Shown here piece by piece: positions 20,752 through 30,290 of a stretch of DNA of 64,000 bases; the first letter of the stretch is position 1, and every line of letters starts with the position of its first letter. The position numbers and the translations under genes are program-made. The stretch comes from an uncultured Rhodobacterales bacterium (lineage in GTDB: Bacteria; Pseudomonadota; Alphaproteobacteria; Rhodobacterales; Rhodobacteraceae). Where the stretch lies: positions 15,331 through 79,330 of the forward strand of contig CAYMRW010000001.1 in assembly GCA_964392825.1 (NCBI GenBank), in the 5' to 3' direction. The notes under the pieces are model-generated. The model was not told where the DNA came from. It did no database searches and was given only the letters and a program-made list of their open reading frames with translations.

Positions 20752-21726
20752 CTACTTGTATTCGATGAGCCCGCCGGTGCGGCCGTTGAGCCGCTGCCAG
20801 GCATAGCCCAGCGCTCCCTGCGCCTCTGCGAGCTTCCCGAGGGTGAGGAACGTCGCCCGCGTCCAGCCTTGGCGACGCGAGAGGCGCAGGATCTGCGCCG
20901 GGTACGCCAAGAGGATGAGCAACGCCCAAGGCGTAATCAAGGCGCCGAGAATCGCCGCGACCGGGAGCGCGAGGCCCCAGAGCAACGCGCGGCGCAGCTG
21001 CGCCACGTTGTGCCGCTCGGGCGCGGCTCCGTGGAGCGCCGCGCCCTCGGCAAAGGCGTGGCCGGCGCGCGCACTCCGCCGCCACCACTGCGAGAAGCGT
21101 GTCATCGCGGCGTCGTGCAGCGTCATCTCGGCGTCGAGCCGCCAGATGCGCCAGCCCGCGGCACGCAAGCGCACGCAGAGTTCGGGCTCCTCTCCAGCGA
21201 TGAGGGTGGCGTCGAACCTGCCCGCGGCTTCGACCGCCGCGCTGCGCATCAACGCGTCGCCGCCGCAGGCCCGCGCCTCGCCGGTGGGGGTGTCCCATTC
21301 CCGGTCGATGAGACGGTTCCAGATCGTGGACTGCGGGTGCCGCTCGCGCCTGCGGCCACAGACGGCGGCCACGTCGGGGTGGTCGTCGAGGAAGGCACGC
21401 GCGGCGGCAATCCAGCCGGGGTCGAGCTCGCAATCGCCGTCGATGAACTGCACGAAGGGCGGCGCACCGCCTTCGGCCAGCCGCGCAAGGCCGGCATTCC
21501 TCGCGCGCGCCGCGGTGAAGGGCTGCGACATGTCGAGTTCGACCGTTTCGGCCCCGGCCGCCCGTGCCGCCGCAAGACTGCCGTCGCCGGACCCCGAATC
21601 GACGTAGACCACGCGTCCCGCAGAGGTCATCAGCGATGCGAGGCAGCGGACGAGCCGCTCCCCCTCGTTGCGCCCGATGGCCACCGCCCCGACGTCAGCG
21701 TCAGGCATCGGCATCGGCATCGGCAT
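20752..21726 (-). CDS. Glycosyltransferase family 2
   Basis: AIGRNEGERL, YVDSGSGDGS, FTAARARNAG, QFIDGDCEL and AGEEPELC motifs. The true start is one of four in-frame ATGs at 21708-21726. Confidence 0.9.
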   Translation of the reverse strand: MPMPMPMPDADVGAVAIGRNEGERLVRCLASLMTSAGRVVYVDSGSGDGSLAAARAAGAETVELDMSQPFTAARARNAGLARLAEGGAPPFVQFIDGDCELDPGWIAAARAFLDDHPDVAAVCGRRRERHPQSTIWNRLIDREWDTPTGEARACGGDALMRSAAVEAAGRFDATLIAGEEPELCVRLRAAGWRIWRLDAEMTLHDAAMTRFSQWWRRSARAGHAFAEGAALHGAAPERHNVAQLRRALLWGLALPVAAILGALITPWALLILLAYPAQILRLSRRQGWTRATFLTLGKLAEAQGALGYAWQRLNGRTGGLIEYK

Positions 21727-22708
21727 CGGGGTTTCGTCCGGTGACGAGGGGCCAGATCACCCGGCGCCTGTAGTCGGAGAGGAAATCGAGCGGCAAGCCT
21801 GGCGGGCGTCGCCGGAGCATCGCGATGCCGAGATGCGCGAGCCCGCTCGCCGCCACGAGCCCCGCCGTTGCCAGCGCGTAGGGACGTCCGTGGTTCTTCT
21901 CGAAGTACATCCGCCGCGAATCGTACCAGTAGTCCGGCCGGCGCCGCCGTTCGTCGTGGCTTCGCACCTGTGTCGCGGCGCCCTCGGCGTGTATCACCTG
22001 CGCCTCGGCCACGTGCCAGCCCTGCCAGCCGGCACAGGTCATGCGACGCATCAGATCGGCCTCCTCGTAGTAGAGGAAGTAGTCGGGATCGAAGAAACCG
22101 ACCTCGGAGATTGCCGCGAAGCGGAACATCACCGCGGCGCCCGAGACCCAGTCGACGGGGGCGGTCCCCTGGTCCGGCGGCAGGGCCACGATGTGCCGAC
22201 GCAGAGTCCGGCTCACCGGGCCGAAGCTGATCGTCTTCTCGATCTCGCTCGGCAGGCTGTGGAACCGAAAGGCGGCACTGACCGGGACCTTTCCCGGCCG
22301 GCTGATCCGGGCGCCGGCGAACCCCACCCTGGGTCGCGCGTCGAGGAAGTCCGCGAGAACCGCGATCGCCTCGTTGTCGAGGCGGGCGTCGGGATTGAGC
22401 AGGAAGACCTTGTCGGGAGCCGCGGCGCGGGCGGCGAGCCGATGCAGGATCAGGTTGTTGCCGCGTCCGAAACCGTGGTTCTCGGCTTCGACATGAAGCG
22501 ACACACGAGGGCCCCAGTCACGCTCGGCATGGGCCGCGGCGAGACGCTCGGCATCGCCCTCGGGGGAGGCGTTGTCGACGAGATGCACCTCGACGCTTCG
22601 GCCGCCGTGATCGCGCTCGAGCACGCTCTCGACCGCCGCGACGGCCAGTTCGGCGGTGCCGTAATTGACGACGATCACCGCGATTTCGGCGGAGGGTGAC
22701 GCGCTCAT
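21701..22708 (-). CDS. Glycosyltransferase family 2 (rhamnosyltransferase-like)
   Basis: VIVVNY, LVDNAS, NHGFGRGNN, LLNPDA, DWVSGA and FFDPDYFLYYEEADL motifs. Confidence 0.9.
   Translation of the reverse strand: MSASPSAEIAVIVVNYGTAELAVAAVESVLERDHGGRSVEVHLVDNASPEGDAERLAAAHAERDWGPRVSLHVEAENHGFGRGNNLILHRLAARAAAPDKVFLLNPDARLDNEAIAVLADFLDARPRVGFAGARISRPGKVPVSAAFRFHSLPSEIEKTISFGPVSRTLRRHIVALPPDQGTAPVDWVSGAAVMFRFAAISEVGFFDPDYFLYYEEADLMRRMTCAGWQGWHVAEAQVIHAEGAATQVRSHDERRRRPDYWYDSRRMYFEKNHGRPYALATAGLVAASGLAHLGIAMLRRRPPGLPLDFLSDYRRRVIWPLVTGRNPDADADADA
21704..21727. repeat. (GGCATC)4 hexamer tandem repeat in a gene overlap
   Basis: Encodes DADADADA at the end of one GT2 and MPMPMPMP at the start of the next. 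Confidence 0.9.
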
Positions 22709-24234
22709 GTCCCGCGGGATCCGGATTGACGATAGCCGCGGGCCGGGCTGGCCGGTCGACGCAGCGTCGCAGGCATGGCGCCGTCATGTTTCGACGGGAA
22801 CGTCCGCCGGTAAGGAGAGGCCTGCTCCGGGATTCCTTTTGCCTCGGATAAATCCTCGCGCGCGATTTTCCCGAGTTCGAGCCGGCCCGCGATGGCCCCC
22901 GCCATCATCCACGTGATCGGCGTCAGCCCGGAATTCGGGATGAGATCGATCAGATTGACCACGAGCACCACGGCCAGCGTCGAGGACGCCATCGTCATGT
23001 CATCCCCCCGCCTTCGAACGGCGAGCAGGATGACGGGCACCGTAAGCAGGCCGAAGATGGCGATATAGCCGAACCAGCCGTCCTTGCCGAAGATGAGGAC
23101 CCAGGTACCGTCGCCTATGGTGGTACTGCGTCCCCGCTCGTCGTAGAGCATGTTGCGCCCCCAACCGCCCCAGCCGAAAAGCGGCTTGTCGTTGGCCCGT
23201 TCGAGCAGGACCTCCTCGTTGCGGAACCGGAAGTCGAGGGAGGCCATCCGACCCGGTCCGACGATGCTGGTCAGCGTCGAGCGTACTGTCTCGACCGGAA
23301 AGAGCCCGGTGCTGCGGGTCATCGGATAGAACAGGACCAGGGCCGCGAACATCGCGGCGACGAGCATCTGCATGCGGCTGCCCAGGAAAAGGATCACCGG
23401 GGCGAAGAGCGAGGCGAGAATGAGCGCGCCGGCGGTCTTGCAGAGCACCAGCGTTCCGAAGAGCCAGAGCGCCGCCAACCAGAGCGGGCCTCGCTTGCCG
23501 GCGCTGCGCGCGCGCAGATACCCGAGCGTCGCCAGAACGGCCACGGCCATGAAGATGCCAAGCCTGAGCCCGTGCTCGAGGAACACGAGCGGGCGGAACC
23601 CGCCGCCACGGATGTGCTGGATCCAGCTGTGCGGAAAGAAGCCGTAGATCATATTGTTGAGCTGCGGCGACATCCGGACCTCGTAGAGCGCGGGCAGCGA
23701 GTAGGCGAGGCCCGCGAGGCAGAGGAGGCCGAGAAGCATTTCGTGCTCGCGCGGATGCGCGAGCCATTTACGCGCGACCAGGAACGGTATCAGCGTCATT
23801 GCCGCGCCGAGAACGCCCGAAGCCCCATCGTAAAGCGACAGACCGGGCCGCACGGCCCCGCCGATCTGAACCCCACCGCTGTTGGTGGCCGCCGTGAAGA
23901 AGGGGCTGGCCACGAGCATCAGGACGAAGAGCGCGAGAAGCGGCGTCCTGGGCAGCCACCCTGCGATCACGTTCGGCGCCGGGGCAGTGGCGGCACGCGG
24001 TCCCGGTGCAGGTCGCGACATGATCAGCGCCATGACGAGAACCGGAAGGGCTGCAGCGAGTTCGCGGTTGTAGGCGGGCAGGAGGGGAAAGTTGAAGCTG
24101 GGCTGCGTCGGCAACAGCAAGTAGCCCGCGATCAGCCCGGCCGCCGCGGCCTTCGGCACCGGCAGGAACCGGAACAGGACGATCGTGACGATCGGCCATC
24201 CCCAAAGCATTGCCGAGGCGAAGGCGTTGGGCAT
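22705..24234 (-). CDS. O-antigen polymerase/ligase-like (Wzy-like) membrane protein
   Basis: ATG 24234 is coupled to the upstream stop. Many TM segments; YEVRMSPQL, FRPLVFLEHGL and SLDFRFRNE...KPLFGWGGWGR (Wzy_C-like) motifs. Confidence 0.75.
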   Translation of the reverse strand: MPNAFASAMLWGWPIVTIVLFRFLPVPKAAAAGLIAGYLLLPTQPSFNFPLLPAYNRELAAALPVLVMALIMSRPAPGPRAATAPAPNVIAGWLPRTPLLALFVLMLVASPFFTAATNSGGVQIGGAVRPGLSLYDGASGVLGAAMTLIPFLVARKWLAHPREHEMLLGLLCLAGLAYSLPALYEVRMSPQLNNMIYGFFPHSWIQHIRGGGFRPLVFLEHGLRLGIFMAVAVLATLGYLRARSAGKRGPLWLAALWLFGTLVLCKTAGALILASLFAPVILFLGSRMQMLVAAMFAALVLFYPMTRSTGLFPVETVRSTLTSIVGPGRMASLDFRFRNEEVLLERANDKPLFGWGGWGRNMLYDERGRSTTIGDGTWVLIFGKDGWFGYIAIFGLLTVPVILLAVRRRGDDMTMASSTLAVVLVVNLIDLIPNSGLTPITWMMAGAIAGRLELGKIAREDLSEAKGIPEQASPYRRTFPSKHDGAMPATLRRPASPARGYRQSGSRGT

Positions 24235-25001
24235 CAGGAACGCCGCCGTGCGACGAGGGCGCTGCCGGCGAGAAGGGGCAGGACGGCGACACAGGCGGCA
24301 TAGCGGCTGGCAAGGCGGCGCGGGTTGTCGCCAAGTCGCCATATCCATTCTGCCGCCAGCGAGCGCATCCAGGTCGGCGCGCGTACCTGGGTGCCGGCAA
24401 GGAAGTCGAGGCCTGCGCCGATCGACAGGAACCCTACGTCCGGCAGTCGCTCGTGGGCGCGGATGGCAAAGACCTCCTGCCGCGGCGCGCCGAGGGCGAT
24501 GAAGCACAAGCGAGCGCCCGACGCGGCGATAGCTTCGATCGCGGCATCGGCGTCGGCTCCCTCGGGGTCGAATCCCATCGCCGGGGAGATCCGGGCCGCG
24601 ATGGCCAGGGTGGGATGCCGGCGCGCCAGCGCGGCGCCGGCCCGGTCCAATGCGCTCGGAGTACTTCCAAGCAGCGCCACCGGGACCCCTGCCGCGGCGG
24701 CGAGACCCGCCACCGGCTCGACCAGTTCGCATCCCGGCACGAGCTCCGTCCGCTGTCCCGCCAGTCGGGCGAACCAGACAACGGGGTTGCCGTCGGCGAC
24801 CACGTGGCTGTGGCGTGCATAGGCGGCCCGGAAGTTGCGATCGCGCCGCAGCTTGACGATGTGGTCGAGGTTGAGGGTGGCAACGGTGAACCCGCGACCG
24901 GAGGCCAGCCTTTCCGAGATGTCGGTGAAGAGCATCGCCTTCGACGGGGTGTTCACTACGACGCTCTCGGGCGTGCCCGATCCAAGTGACCAATCCATCA
25001 T
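24234..25001 (-). CDS. WecB/TagA/CpsF family glycosyltransferase (GT26)
   Basis: TLNLDH, VADGNPVVW, ALGAPRQE, IGAGLDFLAG and RAP.W...EW.WRL...PRRL..RY motifs. Start approximate. Confidence 0.9.
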   Translation of the reverse strand: MMDWSLGSGTPESVVVNTPSKAMLFTDISERLASGRGFTVATLNLDHIVKLRRDRNFRAAYARHSHVVADGNPVVWFARLAGQRTELVPGCELVEPVAGLAAAAGVPVALLGSTPSALDRAGAALARRHPTLAIAARISPAMGFDPEGADADAAIEAIAASGARLCFIALGAPRQEVFAIRAHERLPDVGFLSIGAGLDFLAGTQVRAPTWMRSLAAEWIWRLGDNPRRLASRYAACVAVLPLLAGSALVARRRS

Positions 25002-25279
25002 GCGCACAACCACGACAACTTCGAACCAGACCCGACCATAGCACACCGTTCCGACCTGGCGGCGAATCCTGCGAACTTATCGGCCAGAAACATGATCAAA
25101 AGGTGAGAAAGCGAATGCGCGACCCCCGTCAAGCCCCCGGTCAGGGTCGACGGCGCAGAAACCGTGTTGCGGGAGCGAACTTGTCGAGGCTGCAGCATCC
25201 GGGCTAGGGCGCCTTCGTCCGTGCTCATGCCGGTCCGTCCCGGGCCGACACTTCCGTGGCGAAAGAGGCGAGTCGGCCC

Positions 25280-26839
25280 ATGAGTTCCGCAAGCTCCGTT
25301 CGCTGGGAGGTGGTGGCGACCGTCGCCGAACCCCTGCCGCTCCTCGGCGCCTTCGCCGCGCATCACCTGGAGATCGGGGCGGCGCGCGTGCGCCTCTATC
25401 TGGATGCGCCGGATGCTGGCGTCGCCCGCACGCTGAACGCTCTCCCCGGCTGCGTCGTCACGCTTTGCGACGATGCCTACTGGGCGGCGCGCGGCGGACG
25501 TCCCACCGACCACCGCGCGCGACAGATCCGCAATGCCGAGGATGCGGTCGCCATGGCGGAGAGCCCATGGATCGCACATCTCGACGCCGACGAGTTCCTG
25601 CAATGCACGCGGTCCGTCGGCGAGACGCTCGCCGCGGTTCCCGAAGATCGCCTCACCGCGCACATGAGCAATGTCGAGCGGGTGTTCGCCGCCGACGCGA
25701 TCCCCGCCACGATCTTCGATGGCATGGTGCGCCGGCAGTTCCGGGCCGGGCGCGGCTTGGCCCGGCTTGGCGCCACCGTGCTGCCGGGGTTTCTGTGGTA
25801 CGGGCGTGCTGGCATCTACATGACCCGCGGCCTGATCGGCTATGTCGGCGGCAAGAGCTTCTATCGCACCCGCGTCGAGAGCCATATCGGCATCCACCGC
25901 CCCCTCCGCCCGGTGCCGGGCGCCGCGCTCGCGGACATCCGCGTCGTGCATTTCGATGGCATGACCGAGCGCCATTGGATCGAGAAGATGTACTCCAAGT
26001 CGCTGACCTCGACCCTCGGCAAGCGCAATCGTGCACGCACCGCCCTCATCCGCTTCGCCTCCGGACCCGGCGTCGAGATCGAGCGCATGCACCGGCTTTT
26101 CATCCGAACCATGTGCCTTTCGCCACGGCGGGCACGGACGATGAAGCGCCGTGGTCTCGTCCAGCCGCTCGAATGCGACATTCCGGCGGCGGTCAGGAGG
26201 CTCCTGCCCGATCTCGACCTGTCGCCCGCGGCTTTCGATGCGGCCCTCGGCGCGCGCACCCGCGCCGTCCTGTGGCGCGACGCCCGCTTTCATGTGAACC
26301 TGCTCGACACCGCGGCCGAGCGGATGCTCGCGCTCCGAGGCACCTCGCCCGACGCGGACATGATCGAGCGCCTCGCCGAACTCGCCGAAGGTCGCCAGAT
26401 CGCCTTCCTCGACGTGGGAGCCGGCATCGGCATCTATCCTGTGTTGCTGAGCCGCAAGGCGGCGGCGGGCTCGACCCTGGTCGCCATGGAATGGGATCGG
26501 GACCGGGCCGGTCGCCTTGAGCGCACGCTTGCGACGAACGGGATCGACAGCGTGCGATTGCGCACCGACAGGCCGACGGACGGCGCTGCGCTCCTCGCCG
26601 TGATGGAGTCCGCGGGGATCGTGCAGCCGGACCTTCTGCGCGTGGGGCCCGATGCCGGTGCGCCGGAGCTCGTCGCGACGTTCTTGGCAACCGCCCCGGA
26701 TGCGCGGCGGCCGCGTCTTCTGCTGCTCGGCGCCGAGCCCGATGACAAGACGGCTGCGTGCCTGCAGAGCGCCGGATACGCCCGGAAGGCCGGGGATGCA
26801 GCAGGCACCCTCTACGCTCTGGCGGGAGCCCCGCGCTAG
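25280..26839 (+). CDS. GT2-like (Glyco_tranf_2_4) protein fused to an FkbM-like SAM-binding domain
   Basis: N-half has AHHLEIG, LYLD, WIAHLDADEF, GKSF and IGIH. C-half has FLDVGAGIGIY...VAME. Confidence 0.7.
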   Translation: MSSASSVRWEVVATVAEPLPLLGAFAAHHLEIGAARVRLYLDAPDAGVARTLNALPGCVVTLCDDAYWAARGGRPTDHRARQIRNAEDAVAMAESPWIAHLDADEFLQCTRSVGETLAAVPEDRLTAHMSNVERVFAADAIPATIFDGMVRRQFRAGRGLARLGATVLPGFLWYGRAGIYMTRGLIGYVGGKSFYRTRVESHIGIHRPLRPVPGAALADIRVVHFDGMTERHWIEKMYSKSLTSTLGKRNRARTALIRFASGPGVEIERMHRLFIRTMCLSPRRARTMKRRGLVQPLECDIPAAVRRLLPDLDLSPAAFDAALGARTRAVLWRDARFHVNLLDTAAERMLALRGTSPDADMIERLAELAEGRQIAFLDVGAGIGIYPVLLSRKAAAGSTLVAMEWDRDRAGRLERTLATNGIDSVRLRTDRPTDGAALLAVMESAGIVQPDLLRVGPDAGAPELVATFLATAPDARRPRLLLLGAEPDDKTAACLQSAGYARKAGDAAGTLYALAGAPR

Positions 26840-28197
26840 CCCGTCTGCAGCAACGGCGGCACGAGGATCAGGTAGCCCGCGCCGATCGCAGCGAGGTTCA
26901 GCAGATCGACCCGCAACGTGGCATAGCCGCGTCGCGTCGCGATCGCTGCGGAGAACAGGAACACAACGAGCAGCGCGAGCCCGTCGGCGACCAGCATGCC
27001 CGGAACGCCGGCGATCCAGAACCCCACGAACACCGCCGCGATCCGAAGCGCGCTGGCGCTGCCGGTGACGAAGGCATGGGAGCGGCTGTCGCCGAGCGCG
27101 AGCAGCGTCTTCTGGTAAACCAGCGGCAGCACCGCGAGGGCGTTGGCGAGCGCCATGAGCGTGAGATAGGGCCCGACCAGGGCGTAGCGGTCGTCGTAGA
27201 GGAAGCCTATGACCCACGGCGCCAGCGCCGCCATCGCGAGGAAGGCGGGCGTGGAGATCAGTGTCTGCAGGGTACGGATCTTGGCCGTCATGGCCTTGAC
27301 CCTGCCGGGGTTGTCGCGGACCACCTCGGACATCACGGGAAAGCCGACGATGCCCAGCACCTTCTGCACGACCTCGACGATGATGACCGAGAACATCATC
27401 GCGATGTGCAGGAAGGCCAGGGTATCGAGCTCGATCAGGTAGCCGCGTACCGCCTGCAGGCCGCGAGTGCCGAGGAAGGTGAATAGCGTCGCGAGCAGGA
27501 TCCAGCGGCCGAATGTCACGATCTCGGACAGGACCGAGCGGTTCCAGGCGAAGCGGTGATGCGGCGATGGCAGGATCACGTGGCTGAGAGCTGCGGATGC
27601 CGCGGCGCCGACGACATTGCCGATCGCGAGCCCCCAGACCGACTGGAAGTACCACGCGAAGGCCACCATCACCATGACGTCGATGAGACGCCCGATGATC
27701 TGCATGGTCACGACCTTGCCGAGGATCAGTTGCCGCGCCATCACCGAGTTCTGGATCGAGGCGAAGCCCGTGAAGAGCGCCGAGAAGGCGACCACCGAGA
27801 TGAGCGGGGTCAGTATCGGCTGGTCGTAGATCAGCGCGTAGGGCCACGCGAGCAGCAGCGCCAGAGCGGTGATCCAGACGCCCCGAACCACCTGCAGCGT
27901 CCAGGCGGTGGACTGGAACTCCGGATCCTCGCCGCGGCTCGAACGGATCAGCGAGGGACGGATGCCGATGTCGCTGATGAGCTGGATGCCGGCAATGAAG
28001 ACGCCGACGAGCGCCATCAGGCCAAACGCCTCGGGAAAGAGGATCCGCGTCAGGATCAGGTTCGAGCCAAGCTGAAGGCTCTTGGTGACCACGAGGGAGC
28101 CCATGACGAGGCCCGTCGCCCTGAGCGACCGGGCCCGCAGCCGCTTGCCTTCGAAGAGTCCCCGAACACGCAGGGCCTGCTGCCGGACCGAGATCAC
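26836..28197 (-). CDS. wzx: Wzx oligosaccharide flippase
   Basis: SNLILTRILFPEAFGLMAL, SDIGI and AWTLQVVRG motifs with about 12 TM segments. GTG start is approximate. Confidence 0.88.
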   Translation of the reverse strand: MISVRQQALRVRGLFEGKRLRARSLRATGLVMGSLVVTKSLQLGSNLILTRILFPEAFGLMALVGVFIAGIQLISDIGIRPSLIRSSRGEDPEFQSTAWTLQVVRGVWITALALLLAWPYALIYDQPILTPLISVVAFSALFTGFASIQNSVMARQLILGKVVTMQIIGRLIDVMVMVAFAWYFQSVWGLAIGNVVGAAASAALSHVILPSPHHRFAWNRSVLSEIVTFGRWILLATLFTFLGTRGLQAVRGYLIELDTLAFLHIAMMFSVIIVEVVQKVLGIVGFPVMSEVVRDNPGRVKAMTAKIRTLQTLISTPAFLAMAALAPWVIGFLYDDRYALVGPYLTLMALANALAVLPLVYQKTLLALGDSRSHAFVTGSASALRIAAVFVGFWIAGVPGMLVADGLALLVVFLFSAAIATRRGYATLRVDLLNLAAIGAGYLILVPPLLQTG

Positions 28198-28429
28198 CGA
28201 ACCCCCAAAGGGCCGCGCCATGCGGCCATCGGGATGGCCATGCCACGGCATAGTTGACAATCGGTTGTCGGATGCCCGTACCGAACCCCGAGTGCAAGGG
28301 CGGTTGCCGCCGCCCGCGCCGGCGGTAGCGCACGCCGGGTGCACAGGACGGAAACATGCCCTGCCGAAACTTGATGCCTCCGACGGCGGCGGTGCAGTCC
28401 CGCCCTCAATCATGCAGGAGAACGTGCGG

Positions 28430-28666
28430 ATGGCTCTGATCAGGGATGCCGCGAACGAGTGGTCGGATCCGGTGGCGCTGACGACCGACGAGATCTGGCA
28501 GGCGCGCGAAGGCAGCCTCTTTCTCACCACGACTACGGAGCCCGACGCGGACGACGGGATCGCGCTGACATTGCGCGACGGCATCCGCCTCGGAGCGGGT
28601 GTCTCGGTGCGCTACCGCAAGGCCGGCACCACCGCGGCGCTCCTCGTGCGAGAGGCGGTGGAATGA
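28430..28666 (+). CDS. Small beta-rich hypothetical protein (78 aa), translationally coupled to the fibre gene
   Basis: AGGAG RBS and ATGA overlap with the next gene; sequence MALIRDAANEWSDP...RYRKAGTTAALLVREAVE. Confidence 0.75.
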   Translation: MALIRDAANEWSDPVALTTDEIWQAREGSLFLTTTTEPDADDGIALTLRDGIRLGAGVSVRYRKAGTTAALLVREAVE

Positions 28667-30168
28667 ACCTCGTCGGCGGCTCGAGCCCGTTCTGGCGCGG
28701 GGGCCTGGGTATCGGGAAACGCAGGCCGCGCCCGTCGACGCCGGTCGCAGGCGCCGATGCCGCCGTCGTCATCGCCGGCGGGACGGTCGAGATCGACGTC
28801 CTCGAAAACGACATCGACCCCGCCGGCGCTGCGCTGACCCTCGCCAACGCCACGGCCGACCAGGGAACCGTCGTAATCACCCCCGCGAACCGGCTGATAT
28901 ACACCGCGCCGGCGAACTATGCTGGTATGGCGACGCTGTCCTACACCGCCGCCAGCACAAGCGGGGCGTCCGCCCGCGGCACTGTCTCCGTCGAGGTCCT
29001 CGAGCTCCAGATCGCCGACGGCAGCGCGCCGGGCGAGTTCGTCACGGGAACGACCATGGGCGCGCTGACCGTCACCGTGATCGCGCCTGCCGAGAACGCC
29101 GGTGACTACGCGGTGCAGGTCGCCGATCTCGCGGGCGGACCGGTTTGCCTGGTGCCGCCGCGGATAGCCGGGACCGCCGCCACCGGCACCACGCTTTCCG
29201 CAGAACCGGGACTCTGGGTCTTCAATGCTGCGGACGCGCCGTTGGCGTTCGGCTACAAATGGCTGCGCGATGGCGTTGCCGTCGAAGGCGACGGCGCCGC
29301 CTTTACCGTCAGTGCCGACGACGAGGGCCGACGGCTCGTCGTCGTCGAGACGGCAAGTCTCGGGTCCGGCGCGCGCGAAGCGGCGAGCGAGGGGCTCGAT
29401 GTGCCCGAGGCGCCGGTCGAGATTCCGACTGCGTGGACGCCCAGCCGCCTTACGGGCCTTACGGTCTGGTATGATCCCTCGGACCCGGTGACCGTGACGG
29501 TCGAGGATGGCGCCGTGACGAAGATCGCCGACAAATCCGGTCATCGCCGCGATGCCCTGCCCCATCCGGGTGCGCCGGGGCCTACGCTCGCCGCGACCCT
29601 CGCCGGCCGCCCGGTCCTGCGCTTTCCGCCGAACGGCGCGCTGAAGAGCGGCGGGCCGCCGCTTCCTGACCTGCCGGGGATGCCCGGCGTCACGGTCTTC
29701 GCGGTCACGCAAGCGCACGTCGCGGCCGGCTTCAACGAGTGCTTCGCCCTGCGCAACGGCACCGGCGCCGGCGGGGAGGCGATCAACCTGCAGACCGGCT
29801 ACTCGATCATGTGGTTCGGAAATGGAAACCGGTACTGGACCCGGCCCGCCTCGGGCCCGGTACTCTCGGTGGCACGCTATGCCGCGAATGGCACCCATGC
29901 CGAAACCGAATGGTGGCAAGACGGCGCTCCCCTGTCGCCGACTAGTATCGCCAAGGGTGCGAACGGCGTCGCTCTTCCCGCGGACGCATATCTGCAGCTC
30001 GGAAATCCCGGCGGTCCCACATCCGAACAGGCCGAGCTTCTCCTCGTCATGGGTCCGGTTACCGCAGAGGACCGTGCCCGCGCCGAGGGCTACCTCGCTC
30101 ACAAATGGGGCCTCGCCGGGGCGCTTCCCGAGGCCCACCCCTACAGGGCGGCGCCACCCGAAAACTGA
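28663..30168 (+). CDS. Fibre-like protein: GLGIG N-peptide, Big_9 Ig, second Ig-like domain, LamG/ConA-like C-domain (501 aa)
   Basis: IDVLENDIDP Ig repeat; PPRIAG...PGLW...YKWLRDG; WTP..L..L.VWYDPSD...DKSG; ends EGYLAHKWGL...HPYR..PP. Confidence 0.75.
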   Translation: MNLVGGSSPFWRGGLGIGKRRPRPSTPVAGADAAVVIAGGTVEIDVLENDIDPAGAALTLANATADQGTVVITPANRLIYTAPANYAGMATLSYTAASTSGASARGTVSVEVLELQIADGSAPGEFVTGTTMGALTVTVIAPAENAGDYAVQVADLAGGPVCLVPPRIAGTAATGTTLSAEPGLWVFNAADAPLAFGYKWLRDGVAVEGDGAAFTVSADDEGRRLVVVETASLGSGAREAASEGLDVPEAPVEIPTAWTPSRLTGLTVWYDPSDPVTVTVEDGAVTKIADKSGHRRDALPHPGAPGPTLAATLAGRPVLRFPPNGALKSGGPPLPDLPGMPGVTVFAVTQAHVAAGFNECFALRNGTGAGGEAINLQTGYSIMWFGNGNRYWTRPASGPVLSVARYAANGTHAETEWWQDGAPLSPTSIAKGANGVALPADAYLQLGNPGGPTSEQAELLLVMGPVTAEDRARAEGYLAHKWGLAGALPEAHPYRAAPPEN

Positions 30169-30290
30169 GCGAACGGCCTTCGCGACCCCGGTTCCGGGAG
30201 GTTTGTGGCCTTCCGCCCGCCGCGCTCGCTATAAGCGGGGGCATGGCGCCGCCCCGGATGGGCGAGCGCCGCGGCAGAACAGGGATAGGC

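Noticed and set aside
24235-25044. N-terminal extension of the 779-aa ORF (and similar extensions of uxs, wzx, rmlC, ubiA, DprE1-like)
   Set aside because: The extensions overlap neighbouring real genes or lack motifs; internal starts with an RBS or stop-start coupling fit better.
24998-28357. 1119-aa minus-strand ORF
   Set aside because: Overlaps wzx in another frame and the GT2 fusion in antisense; low-complexity Arg/Pro/Ala content.
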